Shown: positions 12,067-25,708, counted from the first letter of the whole stretch. The stretch is 63,790 nucleotides of DNA, filler included, from Nemertoderma westbladi (GCA_032718475.1; 3 parts of 3 records of this genome joined end to end with filler, not necessarily neighbours in it), one strand, 5' to 3'. The notes: generated from the letters alone by a model not told the origin. Made by a program: numbers and translations.

Positions 12067-13462
12067 CAGCGTCTGGAGTGGGTGTGTGACTATATTATTA
12101 TTTTATATTTGTTTTTATTATTTTATATTTATGTATGTATTATTATGCAAATTTATTATAATCGTTTTCTTTAATTTTATTTAGTAGAATGTTATTTTAG
12201 CGATTATTTAGTAGATTAGTGCAATATATATTAATGTTTATTACTTACTTACTTATATTATATTATATATTTAGTGCAACGGCGAGAAATAATTATTTTT
12301 CTCTTTCCTTACTGTCCGTATCATATTATAAATACGTGACTATAGTAAGATGAAATGTCCGTACTTATTAAAGTACAATAAAGCTCCTACTATATTTAAG
12401 TATTATTGGTAAGTAGAGTATTAGGAATGCAAAGTTCAGATCCTCCTGTCTCAGCTAAACCAAGCTATGGGTAGACCTTGGAAACGACTTGCCTCTTCTC
12501 ACTGACATTGTTTCTTGCAATATTGCTCTCATACCGTATATTAAATAATACATATAGTAGCGTGATGTCCTTTTAACAGTAGCGTAAAACGCAAAATAAA
12601 TCTGTTAAACCCTTTGACCATCTGTAATTCTAGTCGATTAAGATATCGCGGCACCCACCGATATACTTAAAAGACAAAATTCTAGAATCAGTGGTTAACG
12701 TCCCCAGACAAGTTCTGGAATAAACCGGTGCCCATCTTAAATATTAACTATTAATATTTATAAAATCTTTCAAATAAATACAATAGAGTAACCACAGTAA
12801 CCACATTAGTGTGCGAGAATCTCCAATATAGTCAATAGCCGATAAAATTCATAAAATCATGTATAAAGAGGAATTTTGACAATTAAAGAATTACTATTAA
12901 ATAGCATCCCAGATCTGTATGCATGAGAATTACCCTAATTCTACTGCTAGCTTTCCATAATGTCACCATGGCAACAACCACGCTAGAATTAGAAGTGAGT
13001 TAAAAGAACAATAAAGCTTGCCCCATTGAATAGCATAAGGAATAAATAGCACACTGCTAGTATCCAAGGATACCCAATAATAACGTGGCATTCTGGAAGG
13101 CACTTGACTAACGGACAAATGGCCCGAATGTGTACAATTTGTGACAGTTGTGTGGAATTTGTGCATTTATAGGTGAATGTTACTACTAAAGTGTGTTTAC
13201 AGTAGCGAGTCGCAATTGTGAAAGTAGCCCTACCTCTGCAGTAAGAACCTGAAGTAAATCTTAGCCCTTGGGACGGACAGTGGAGTGACTCGCGCTGGGT
13301 GTTGTGGTCGTTGTGCAGCTACTATGTTGGCGATAGGCACATCGGCGAAAGTACATCGGCGCTGAGGATCTTGCGCTGTCCGAGGGCCGTGAGGGGTAGG
13401 CAGCGACGCCCGCTAGCCTAATTATAAACTCATTATAATATTGATAAACTCAAATAGCAGCT

Positions 13463-15013
13463 ATGACTGAGTTGATAGAAGATGATCTTGGTATCAGGGA
13501 GCGATATACTCTACCGTTGCAAGCATTTGTTGATAGCTTAATACGCGGCGACGCTGGTCCAACTACTATGGAGGACTATGGTCGTTATATCGAACCGCCA
13601 ATGTCCCAGGAGCAACTCACTCGTGAATTGGACTATCGAAAATTCACTGCTCGCTATACGCATCGTAATGGTACGCATATGGACTTCTTAACTACTGGTC
13701 ATCCTATCGATTTACACAATACGGACGATGTCGACACCGAAAGGGAAATGGCCCTGTTTAAATATCCTACCCAGCAGAGTCGGAACGATAAACTGAAAAT
13801 CGAATGCGAAAATTCTATTCGAAATCGACTCGAAAGAGAAGACGTTGAAGAACCTGATAAACACAGTGACTTCAACGTATATTTGGAATTCTTGAGAGAG
13901 ACATTGTAAAACTGGAGAAAGATCACCCGCGTTTCCCCTACAAGACGTGCGTCTTTGGTATTATTACGATGAATGCCCTAGACCCAACCAACACACGGAA
14001 AGACATAAACATCTGCGGAGACGTTGCGCTAAACACAGTTTTACTCGCTATATTTACAGTAGTTTCGAGAGAAACTTGTTCAACGTATCACCTACGCTCG
14101 TTCGACTCAAACGATCCTTAAATAAACCTATGATCAGAGTTCTGGAATACTCGGTCAGACCTCCTCATTCCCTGGTGAGACCTCAGACTCTTGATCCTAA
14201 TAGTATCACGGATCCTCCCGAGCTGTACTCACTGTTCAAAGATCTAGTGTTACCCGAACAATTAGTCGGTGGCACTCCGGTTGTGGGCTCCCTAAATATT
14301 CGCCCATCTTACCTATCCGGATTGGGACGCGGACACCTAATATCGCCATTCAACCGTATAATCGTCCCTGTTTAACCCGATATAATCTGTCACCGAAGTG
14401 GAGGAGAAAATTGTACGCACGCGTTAGACACTATTCGATAAAAGATGGGAAAAGGAACCTACGATTGCTTAGAAAAACGTAAATTGCAGCAACAAGTCCA
14501 AGCGGTAAACGAATTAGCTTTATATCAGTTCGATCGGGAAATCCAGAATCTCTAAGAAGATATCGAACTTGGACGACCCTACTCTCTAAACGAGTTTTAG
14601 ACGAATGCTTCCAACGACAAGCGGAGGAAAATCAGCTCAAGGAGAAGCATATCGATTTCGACAGAGCCCGAGAACTCGAGTCGGAAAGAACCATCAAACC
14701 GAGGAAATTTCTCACTACACACGGTCCACCTACCGCTCTTGTGCAGACGAATCGTCAGGGACCAGTAAGAGCTGCTGTCTTGAAACGTGCTCTGAAGGTT
14801 GTTCGACCTCGTTCCACTGAGGTTGATACCGATCAACCGGGTACCTCGACCGGCGGATACACCGACCGTCATCCTAAACCTTCCGATGCAATTGTATTGC
14901 ACCCTACACCCAGGAGTTATAGCCCTCCTAGTAAAGTGGCTCGCCCCAAAGAGAAAAGGACTCTTGCTAGCCTCAAAAAACTGCGTAAACGCTGTTCGCG
15001 TAAGAAGGACTAA
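13463..15013 (+). pseudogene. Accessory ORF3 of the Bel/Pao element (about 500 aa, frameshifted, unknown function)
   Basis: ORF pieces 13463-13909, 13947-14375 and about 14590-15013; the C-terminal frame is conserved with mostly synonymous changes in element 2 (26092-26310). Confidence 0.65.
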
Positions 15014-15091
15014 CTGTTTAGAGTATTTTTATATTTTAGAAACTGTGATTTTTTATATTTTATAGAATTAAATCCCATTTTCTGGGAGCGG

Positions 15092-16311
15092 TGTAAAGGC
15101 TTTTGCGGATCTAGCTAGTCATTTTCCCCGCAAAGTACTCTTTAGGTGTTTTAGCGGACATAAAAAGCCGTTTTCTTACTGTGTAGGTGTTTTAGTGGAC
15201 ATAAAAAGCCATTTTTCTGTATGTGTACTTTAGCGGACATAACAAGCCATTTCATGCCGCAATACGCCAAAATACTCTTAATACAGTATAGTTCAGATGA
15301 CGACATCTATCAGCTGATATGTCGACGTGGAGCTTTTGGCTTTCTTTGTTCAGGCTCGCTCGACCAATCAGAGCTATTTTCATTTTATCTTGGACAGTGC
15401 CTATAGAAACTCATGCAATTCAGTCAGTGTGTATCTTTCTAAGCCCAGAACACCGGCTTAGGATTCTTCTGTACTTCTGTGGAAGTTTCAGACTTTGACC
15501 TAAACCTCAGAAACATCAGATGGCTTTGATCAAAGGAACGTAAAACTATTAACATAGCACACAGCAGACTCACGGCGCAGCACACCGCCACATCACGGCA
15601 TCACGCAACGCGATTCAACTACACATACTGACTGTTCACCGCATTATTTGATTCTGTTATTAATTGGTGTTACTGTGTTATGTTGGTATATATTGCTGAT
15701 ATATTTGGAGAATACCGATGAATAATCATAAAACCCCCAATCTCTTTGATTACTAAAGTTTAGAGGAACAGGTTTATCGGTAGCAACTGTGACTTACATT
15801 ATAGTGGTTTTTGTGTGAATTGAATGCTATTTCATAATCCCTACATGTGTCAGTTGCGATCCTCCTATATATGATCAAATTCAGTGACGGTCGGCAGATC
15901 AGTGCGCAGTAGTGTGAACTAGTGTGAAGTCGTGTGAAGTAGTGTGAAGGTTAATAAAGCATCTCCTAAAGAATGCGCCTTTTACGAAACTCAGTAGCCA
16001 TCCAGTTGTGATTAGTATAAGTCATAACTCTGTTTTATACTTAAAGTGCCACGTCCTAAAGGAACTGTTAATATTTCCCCGAAAGTAAATATATTGTCAG
16101 AGATTATATATTAACGATCAATCGAATAATACAGTAGGTCTACACTGCAATCACTATCAAAGCATCCGAATCCAGTCTCCCTTAACTGTGGGTGAATGGT
16201 CGCGCACAGGCTGGCTTCGGCTGATGTACCTTCAGTACATTAAATAATTGATATACAAAAAGACACCTAAAATTGGCAGGTTAAACTGCTAAAGGGCTAA
16301 AAGCGCGAACA
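15092..16311 (+). repeat. 3' LTR of element 1 (1220 bp)
   Basis: Direct repeat of 3827-5047, followed by TSD CTTGT. Confidence 0.97.
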
Positions 16312-17679
16312 CTTGTTGATTCTAAGCAATAAATACATTAAATATCCTGCTGATAATTTTTATTCATTGTTGTTTTCCTAATCTAGAACGCCCACAATCT
16401 CCCTTTTGTTCTGTAACATGATTGACCTGTACCTTTATAGTTTATCCCACTGCAACAGCAACTTTTACTGTTGGTGTTGGGTGCAAACCCTTCGCCCATC
16501 GCCCGCAGGCAATGTTTACCTGCTATAAGTGCTAATTAGCCTATCCGATAACAGACAAAAGCAGTAGGGTGGTTCTTATTTTAGGTAAAAATCTATTTTT
16601 ACCTCAAAATAATGTTTCAAATAGCACAAAAACATGGCAAAGAAAGCTTCTGAAAATTTGAATGAGTTTTGCCTAAGAGGCGCCACACTTGACTGGAGGT
16701 TTTAACTGATGCGGATGCGGCTATGTGGTATGAGCGCCTATATCCTCAAGTTTGGTGGTGACCAACTCCTGGTACACCTATTATTGCATTGCCTTTAGGC
16801 TCATTCGAACCACAATGATCGATTTAGTAGGGTTAGACTAGACACCTTCAAAGTACAGGAGCAGGTTAATCTTTCAGTGGGTTGTAACTATATATAACCA
16901 AAACAATAAACGGGAGTCATAAAAACAAGTTACAGTTGAGTTTCTTCATAATCAGCTACATGATAACTTTGAGTTATTATTTAAGGGCACGTGTTTGTGA
17001 TAAAAATTGAAAAAAATTCAAAATTCTTTTACGGATTCGGGATCAAAAGCGAGATAATAGCGAGATATCTTTTAGTTCTCGAGTTATAGCTATCTGACTG
17101 CCTGTCAGTCGGTCATTCTGACAAAATTAAAGAAAAACATATGTATTGCACAATTGTTTCTGTTTAGTGATCACATTTCTAATAATGTCAGTTTTAATGT
17201 TTCATGCATTTTTGATTGTCTCTCTTTCTGCCTGCCTGTATGTCTGTAAATCTGCCTATCTATCTGTTTGTTGGCCTGTTTGTCAGTCAAAATAATGAAT
17301 GAAATACACAACTGAAAATGTTTTTGTAGGGGTTTTCCTGGTCTATGATTCCATTTCGGATGTATGTTTTAACGGTTAAAGGGTTTTGACGGACCTACCG
17401 TCACGTATACTGAACAATACAAAGCCATTATATTTGAATACTACTGTAACATCAGAAATGGAATCACCGACAAGGAAAACCCATTTAACTAAAATTTTGG
17501 CGAGGTCGTGTCCTTTCCTAAATTTCGACAGACAGACGGACAGATTGTCTGATATACAGAGAGACTGACAATTATACAGTCTGGGATTCACTTACCCCAA
17601 GTATTAGGTAGTTAATTCATTAAGTACCAAACATTTTGCTCTGGCGAAGATTGGATGCGGGCGAAGTTTGCTGCATAGG

Positions 17680-18770
17680 AACTCTCCGCTCTCGCCTCAC
17701 GCTCTTTACGTTCACTCTCCGCTCTCGCCTCACGCTCTTTACGTTCACTCTCCGCTTTCTCCCCTCTCGCCTCTCTCGCCGCCTCACGCTCTTCTTGTTC
17801 CTTCCTTTCCCTCCTTCCTATTTCTTCACACTCCTTAAACTCTCTCGCGACCCTCTCGGCCCTCTCTTTATTCTCTCTGGCCAGCTCTCTCTCTTTCTCT
17901 TGTAACGCACTCCCTTCTTCCAACTGTCTTTCTAATTCTCTCTGGTCTAGCACCACCAGATCGAGCTGGCACGCCAGATCTATTTCTAGCACCTGTCTTA
18001 CTTTCGCAGAGGATGTAGCAGACTTATCGGTCGCGACGGACTCCCGCCACCTTCCCGTCCTACTAACTTTCCCCCGCTTCCTGGAACTTTCGCCGACCGA
18101 CGAGACCGAATCCTCGGGGTTAACCTAGGATTCGCCCTCCTGCGGTCCTCTCCAACCCACCAACTTAATTCCCCGGGCATCGACTAAGTATGGCCCTATG
18201 CACACTACGCCAGGCACCATACCCCTACATTCCCACAGTTCAAACAGTTCCGTAGCGACCCCTCTCGCTCTCTCATCGGCTAGTTCTCCCTGCCCAAAGC
18301 GCACCAGATAATCAAAATGTTTATTCGACTCACCTAGCCGTTTTTCTAGCTTCACCTTGTCTATCTTCGCCCCATCTTTAGCTTCCCTCAACTGCTTCCT
18401 GGTTGCGTTGTAGGCCCGTCGGAGCCGGTCGCTAACTCCGACGTCCTCGTCGCCGACATCTCCTCTCTCTCTCCGTGTTCGGCGTTGTACCGGCGGCTCC
18501 ACCGTCGCCGTTCCGGTGGGCCGTCCGTCGCCCTCGGCCTGTGGCTGGCTGGTGACATCGGTACGTCGACCGCCGTCGTGTGTCGACTCGTCTCTCTCCT
18601 CTGGTAGATGACCGCCCTCTGCTTGGGCTCCCGGATCGTTCGGGGTTGACGACTCCGGCGTCCTGGGTCGCTACCGCCGCGTCGCGGCCTCGCGGATCGT
18701 TTCGTTCGTATCGTCCGGGGTCCGCGGCGGTGTTGTCTCTTCTTCCTGACCCATCTTTAACTTTACTCGT
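17680..18770 (-). pseudogene. Degraded R/E-rich ORF, probably Polinton-derived (homologous to the upstream part of 2699-3578)
   Basis: 17680-17790 aligns with about 3480-3578 (ERKEREARAES repeats); broken ORFs at 17612-17992 and 18125-18502. Confidence 0.5.
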
Positions 18771-20356
18771 CAGTGGTTGGCTTTATTACTCTGGCAGTCA
18801 GTTTATTACTTTAGCAGTCAGCTCAGGCACTTGGAACTTTATTACTGTGACGTGATCCGAGAATCCCATCCGGTGTGGTTTATTTATTTACACGTCCCCG
18901 CCGCCAGTGAAAGAGTTCGTTATATCGTTCCAACGTTGATAATGAATATAAAATATAGTATCGAATAAGATAAGTTGACAGATAGCACAGTTGATGGTAA
19001 AATATAAGTTGACCGGTAAAATATTGATGGTGGTAGCGGCAACGACGGTAATAAAGGTTACCGTCCTGCCCTAACTGAACTGACTAAGTTGACTAAATGA
19101 AATGACAAGTATCAAAGGGTAATATACTGCACTGGTTTGGCCGTATTACTCAGCGGATGCCTGCCCCCCATTGGCTAATAACCTAATTCTCGCCCTCCCA
19201 TCTCTCTGGGAGTGTCTTCCCCCTCCACTGTCACTTTCCCTCTCCCCGGGGTGTAACCTCTGACCCCTATTGTGTGTGGCCCTTTGGGGTTCGTCGTCGC
19301 CGTTTATTGGGGGTGATACGAGGTTGGTTGGTAATCAACCTCGTACTCCCCAATATTGCTTAAAGGCCCTGCTTATCCAACTTTGTGGGGTGGTTAGCGG
19401 AATTGAATTCGCTAACAGGCATGCCAGAATGAGAACTGTACAACATGCCATACTGTATACCATTTACATGTGGAAAATGCCTCCATTACCGCGAATTTTA
19501 AAATTAGCCAATCATCAATCTCAGATTAGATAATAGAAGTGACAGCGTCTATCACATAATGTTTATTTTATGTGACAAAATAACGTTGTTCTGACATGTA
19601 ACAAACCATGTTCTTAAAATGTTAGAACTAAACACCTATAAAACATTTTTGACTAACGCACATTAACTCACACTCACATTAAAATCACGTTTTTTTAACA
19701 TCAACAGTTATCATTTATTTAATGTCTGACAAAGACATTATAGAGTAATGTTAAAAAATAACATTAATATTGAACATCTAAATATTCTATCAAACAAGGG
19801 AATAACATTTATCAACATTTATAACAAATTAATGATGTTTTTCTGACATTCCTTGAAAGTAAATTGTTTGCAGGGTAGTAGGCCTATTACCATAACACTA
19901 TTACTGTATTACAGTATACCGGTACGGTATTAGCGATTAATTTAAAACACATGTATTCCTGTATTCTGTATTCCGATGATCGTATTTGGTATCAATAGTC
20001 CAAACCGACCTACCTGTAAGTAAGCCTACTGGCTGACTGGCCTGGCAACTAGCGTATCTGACTTTACAGCTTTATGTACGGTTACATGTTACGTTTCATG
20101 AAGACAAGAAAGGTTAAACTGCCGCCGATAGTTGCGCGGGTTTACCGGGAGTGTTGGGAGTGTACTGGCGAAGATTGGACGCGGGCGAAGTTTGCTCAAT
20201 AGGAACTTTTGTAGTTTCATACAACCGCGACCGTACGTAGTTCCCAGTACATCCGAGCACACTCTGTGTCTTTAAATGAATCGCCAATACTAATAACATA
20301 TTTAATAAATCACCTTAAACGCTTAAACCTGTAATTTAGAACCGTACTGGTTAGTA

Positions 20357-22282
20357 ACCTCATGGCGTTTAAAATTTTGCAAAATTTGCCAAATTTTGCC
20401 CTAAAAATACAGCAAACCTACTTCGTAGTCTGTATAGTTGAAATCGATGTACTGTGATTTGGAGTTCTTCCTGAGTGAAAACCAAGTCCCCTGATTTGAT
20501 CACAACTTTATTTCAATACTAGAAACCCAGCTAGCTGGCTGTGAATTTGCCTTTGGATCAAATTCCCAATAAGTATATTATAAACAACAGTAGGCCTAGG
20601 TCTAGGAAGAAGGATAATTCTAAATTAGGAAAACACTAGAAAAACATATGAAAAACAATGTAAAGCACCCGGAAAACATTAAAATTATTGATCAACAGGA
20701 AATTTAATACATGATTACACTGAATTGGTAATCTTAAATGTACTCCTCGCATAGCGCACGTTAAGTAATCTCCGTAAAACATAGGGAAAACACTATAAAC
20801 CCTCTGGACAACAGTGAAATTTTAACTATATTTCGCTAGAAAGCGGGGTAGCTCAATTGGCTGAGCGCCAGGCCTGCAATCGATTGGTTGTAGGTTCAGC
20901 CCCACCAGGGTCCACTCAGCCGCCTTTCATCCACTGGGGTCGATAAATTAGATTTGCTTTAATATAATTATTTAATTTAATTTAATATAATTAAAATAGA
21001 TTTGCTTGATATGCTGCTAATAATACTAGGTGAAAGAAGAAATCAATCAGCATGCAGTTCAGCACTACTATCCTTGTTTTACTGGTCAGCCAGTAGTACC
21101 AGTGTTGCTATATTCTGGTATTACATAGCAAAAAAAAAACAAAGCAAACAGTCGGCCGAAGCCGGAGGCGACCCGAAGGCTCCTCTATCGATAGCTGCTA
21201 CCCGAGGGTAGGGGTGGGCGCTACTCCTATCCCAAGATTTGCTCCCAGTTATTTAACTGGTACTCACTGGTATGGTATTACATAGTGTATTCCAGTATTG
21301 TTAGTGTTAGATCAATTCATCTGCTAAATGTTGGCAGTTGAAGTGCAGAAGTTGTGGTATTTATATTATTAAGGATACCATTCATACCAGAAAACCGAAC
21401 AGACTAGAAAATCATGTGTGATGTGTTCTAGATCTTGCATCCGCGCTTCTAGCCACACTGGTATGCCACTTCACTACAGTATCTCTGTAGGTAGGACCTA
21501 ACTATGGCACTCTTGCTGTCTTAACATTAAATACCGCAACCATCTGCACTTTAACTGTTCAACATTTAGCAGATTACAAGATCCAACACTAACAATACTT
21601 GAATACTGGAATACACTAATACCAGAATACACCATTAATGTGCCTCTACCGACTGACCAGTAAAACTGTTGAAATGCATGCTGATTGGTTACTGTTCCTT
21701 GGTTGCCGGGCAACAATGGTTTCTGTGTAGTATTAGACACTTTCAACTTATTGTTTAGCAGCATATTAGGTAAAATTTAATGCTATTCAATGCCAATCAT
21801 TTTTTCACTGTTTTCTGGACAGTTTATAGTTGTCCCTATGTTTTACGTAGATTACTTAATGGTGTGCTATGCGAGGAGTACATTTAAGATTACCAATTCA
21901 GTGTAATTAATACATGTATTAAATTTCCTGTTGATCAATATTTTTACTTTTTCCGGGTGCATTACAGTGTTTTTCGTTGGTTTTTCTAGTGCTTTACTGT
22001 TTTACTAGTGTTTTCCTAATTTAGAATTATCCTTCTTCCTATATACCTACTGTTGTTTATAATATACTTATTGGGAATTTGATCCGAAGGTAAATTCACA
22101 ACCAGCAAGCTGGGTTTCTAGTATTGAAATATAGTTGTAAACAAATCAGGGGACTTGGTTTTCACTCAGGAAGAACTCCAAACCCTAGTAAATCGATTTA
22201 ACTATAGAGTCTACGAAGTAGGTTTGCTGTATTTTAAGGGTGAAATTTGGCAAATTTTGCAAAATTTCAAAGGCCATGAGGC
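20357..22282. mobile_element. Foldback/MITE with about 460-bp TIRs and nested inverted repeats
   Basis: About 20357-20820 is the reverse complement of about 21800-22282; inner inverted pair at about 21270-21362 / 21528-21630. Confidence 0.75.
20843..20948 (+). mobile_element. tRNA-derived SINE fragment
   Basis: A box TAGCTCAATTGG, degenerate B box GGTTCAGCCCC, then a SINE-like central domain GTCCACTCAGCC..TTTCATCC..GGGGTCGATAAAT. Confidence 0.6.
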
Positions 22283-23216
22283 TGGGGTAGATTTATATGA
22301 AAACCACAATTTCACATTTTGTGTTTGTTTCCAACCTATTTGACATTAAATATTTGCATCTTCCTTAACTTTTATCAAAAATACAAAATATCTGGGATTT
22401 TCAAAACTGGCATTGCCTTCTCAAAAATTTGAAATTTTCAAGTGTCGTGAGGCCCGCTTAGAATTTTTCGAAATCAAAAAATTTTTTTTGCAAAATTAGT
22501 TTAGACCGATTTGGCATCAGAAAAATAGTGCTTCCCTTAAATATAAAGAAAATTTTTTTTTTCACTCCACCCTACTGGTTACTGGAACCGTACTACCTGA
22601 TTAGTTCAGAAGTTATGTCAGTCTTGTACCAGTCTTCTTATTATTATTTATAAAAAAATACAAATATACCCAACAATACCTGGAGTAAGGAGATGAGCTT
22701 TAAACGTAAAAATGTTAAGAATCATATTTAAATTTAATTATGGCTCTGAGACCCTGACTCTGTTTCAATGTATCCTCTGCCAGTCACATACCGGTATAAA
22801 CATTTTGTTATAAAAGTGAAACCGGGTGTTACTACTTTTTTAGTGTGGGTGATTAATATTTTTGAACTCTGTAAAAACATCTGAATGCTATCAAAAAATT
22901 GCCGAGATGTTGGCGTTCTAGAGTTGCATGTTTTTGCATCATCGCTCGGTCCTACGAATCTCCCAAATACTCCGTTTGGTTGCCAAACTAATTCAAACTA
23001 CTATTCTAAGCAGGTAGTGCATATTGATGTATTGATAGTTTTCTTTCGGTTCCATTGACTGTCACTATTACCTGCTCAATTTCATTACACTGGCTACAGA
23101 CAACTTTGGAACACCTTTATCATCTATTTATTTTAAATGATTCGCTTTAAATTTATAATAGAGATAGCTTGACATACCGTAAACTATATTTAATGTATTG
23201 ATTAATATATATTGAT

Positions 23217-24400
23217 ATGGATCATCATATTAATTTATTGAAAGAGAAATCATCTGGCGCCGATATAGTTATAAAGAAAGAACAAACTGATTGTGCCTCT
23301 TATGAACCCCTTGGAGATTCTATTATTGTCGAAAAACGGGAAATCGACAGCCCAGACTGTTTGTATGGTAGGCCTATTGAAACTGAAGGTACAGAGCAGA
23401 CAATGAGTTGTTCAACAACAGAGTCCGGTAGTTCTAATGAAACGGTTTGGTATCTTCTTCAGATACCAGTTCCTGTTTGCATTGCAATGAATTATTTAAT
23501 AACAAAGGAAATTTAAAGGGACATATAGAATCCGTTCATAAAGACGTCAAGAATAAGTATAAATGCGATTATTGTAAGAAACTGTTTAAATGGAATAATG
23601 CTTTAAAGAGGCATGTTGGTTCTATCCATAAAGGTATAAAATATAATTGCAGTTATTGTCATAAAGATTTCAGTCATCAAGGCAGCCTAAAGACCCACGT
23701 TGACTTTGCCCACAAATGTATAATCAAGTATAGCTGCTCCGATTGTGGAAAATCATTTGAAAGAAAAGCAATACTAAAACTACATGTCGACTCTATACAT
23801 AAAGATATCAAACATAAGTGCGGTTATTGTCATAAAGAATTCAGCCAGCAAGGGAGTCTAAATACCCATGTGAACTACTTTCATAAAGATATCAAGTACA
23901 ACTGTTTCGATTGTGGAAAATCATTTAGTACAAAAGACGCTCTAAAACGACATGTCGACTCTATACATAAATATGTCAAACATAAGTGCGTTTATTGTAA
24001 TAAAGAATTCACCAAGCTAACGAATCTAAACATACATATCAACTACGCCCATAAAGATATCAAGTACAACTGTTTTCATTGTGGAAAATCATTTGCTAGG
24101 AAAGCCGAACTAAAACAACATATCGAATCCGTTCACAAAGATATAAAACATAAATGCGATTATTGTAATAAAGAATTCAGACAGCAAAGGAATCTAAACA
24201 CTCACATTAACTTTGCCCACAGAGGTATCATCAAGCATAGCTGCTCCGAATGTGGAAAATCATTTGCTAGAAAAGCCGTACTAAAACAACATGTCGACTC
24301 TATACATAAAGATATCAAATATAAGTGCGGTTATTGTCATCAAGAATTCAGTCGACAAGGCATTCTAAACAGCCATGTCAATTCTGTTCATAAATCGTAA
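23217..24400 (+). CDS. C2H2 zinc-finger protein (about 11 fingers), probably two exons
   Basis: Repeated CxxC-x12-HxxxxH in 23447-24400; the upstream frame from ATG 23217 joins in phase via phase-1 GT donors (23368, 23389 or 23428) to acceptor TCTTCTTCAG at 23462. Confidence 0.85.
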
Positions 24401-24828
24401 AGTTACCGGTAACACAATTGCTGTATTTGTACTGAAATATATATTTGTATCGGATCATTATTGGAAAGATGTTTTTTAGAGTGAAAAAAAATATAAAATA
24501 AAACAAATTGAAAGTGGTTCAAATACATTGATTTTCAGGTTATTATGCGTTCAGGGATGCTGATTGTAACAACGTAAACCAAATCAATCAATGAACCAAA
24601 GTGAAAGTTATAAATTAGTAGGATTGTCAAGTCAGGTACCGCCACACCCCCTTCAACCGATTCCCACTTATTCCCATGCACTCTTATTCGATTCAATCCT
24701 TATCATATTTTGTAAATAGGCTTGACATATCTCGCCAATACCTCCTACCTTCCGCGTACAGTATAGTGCGCCTTGACTTCAACTGGTGCTTAGATCGTGG
24801 CTTTTCCAGTTAACATTATTCCATTTTG

Positions 24829-25144
24829 ATAAAGTAAGGATAAAGTGATCTTTAGGTGCCGCTGTAATTATATTATATAAATGCCAGATATTTCAACAAA
24901 AAATTGTAAACGTGGACAAACAATTAAACAGGCCTTCTTCAGTGGCTCTGGTACCTAATGAACCTAACTACGGAAACTCTACAAAACGACCGGACCGAGC
25001 AACATAGTACCGAGCAACGTACTGTAGTTAGTTCATTAGGTACCAGAGCCACTGAAGAAGGCCTGTTTAATTGTATTTGTCTACGTTTACAATTTTTGGT
25101 GTAATTACAGCGGCACCTAAAGATCACTTTATCCTTCCTTTATT
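24829..25144. mobile_element. MITE-like inverted repeat
   Basis: Arms of about 130 bp (ATAAAG...CTAACTAC / GTAGTTAG...CTTTAT) with an indel. Confidence 0.7.
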
Positions 25145-25708
25145 ATGCATACGACGGTGCTCAGGGCGAGGAACTGTACTTCAAATATTATTCCATTTTG
25201 TATAATACAGTACTAGTAATGTGGTTGGAGAAAGCTGATACTAAGCAGCAACCAATCACGTCAATCCTGTTTAACACAGAGTCAATGAGAATGGAATATT
25301 GCGAACATGAAAAAGTTCAGGTTACCATTATTCCATCACCCTCCCCTTGCAGCCTTGTCTGTTTCATTATACAAGTTACAGTAGTTATACCGAAAGTGCG
25401 AAAGCAGTCAGGCGTCAGGCAGAATAGTTAGACCTACATTTTTTTCCACATTGAATATTATTACGTATGGCAAGTACTTCAATGAGATATTGTATGAGTA
25501 CAGTATGTTTATTACTAAACCAGACTTAACTCTAAATACTGTATTTCATTTACAGTACATCATTGTGATTAAACTAATGCACTTATACTACGGTATTTTT
25601 TATTTGTCTTGCATATATTATATATTACTGCCTGCGTATTGTACCACCTATAATATATGGCTTACTCGATTACTAACTGACTAACACTACTGTAGCAGCT
25701 TAATTAAT

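Larger units (their letters stand above)
3827..16311 (+). mobile_element. Full-length Bel/Pao LTR retrotransposon (element 1)
   Basis: Two TG...CA LTRs; 5-bp TSD CTTGT at 3822-3826 and 16312-16316; gag-PR-RT-RH-IN order with Pao-type motifs; short PPT GGGAGCGG before the 3' LTR. Confidence 0.97.

Noticed and set aside
13340-13372. Hammerhead ribozyme (GAAA and CTGAGGA close together)
   Set aside because: Only 11 nt separate the motifs, too few for stems I and III; no hammerhead core was seen in the LTRs either.
14799-15065. Overlapping ORF ending ...LETVIFYIL (also 26120-26362) as the real ORF3
   Set aside because: Substitutions between copies are synonymous in the other frame (ending RKKD*), so this is a shadow frame.
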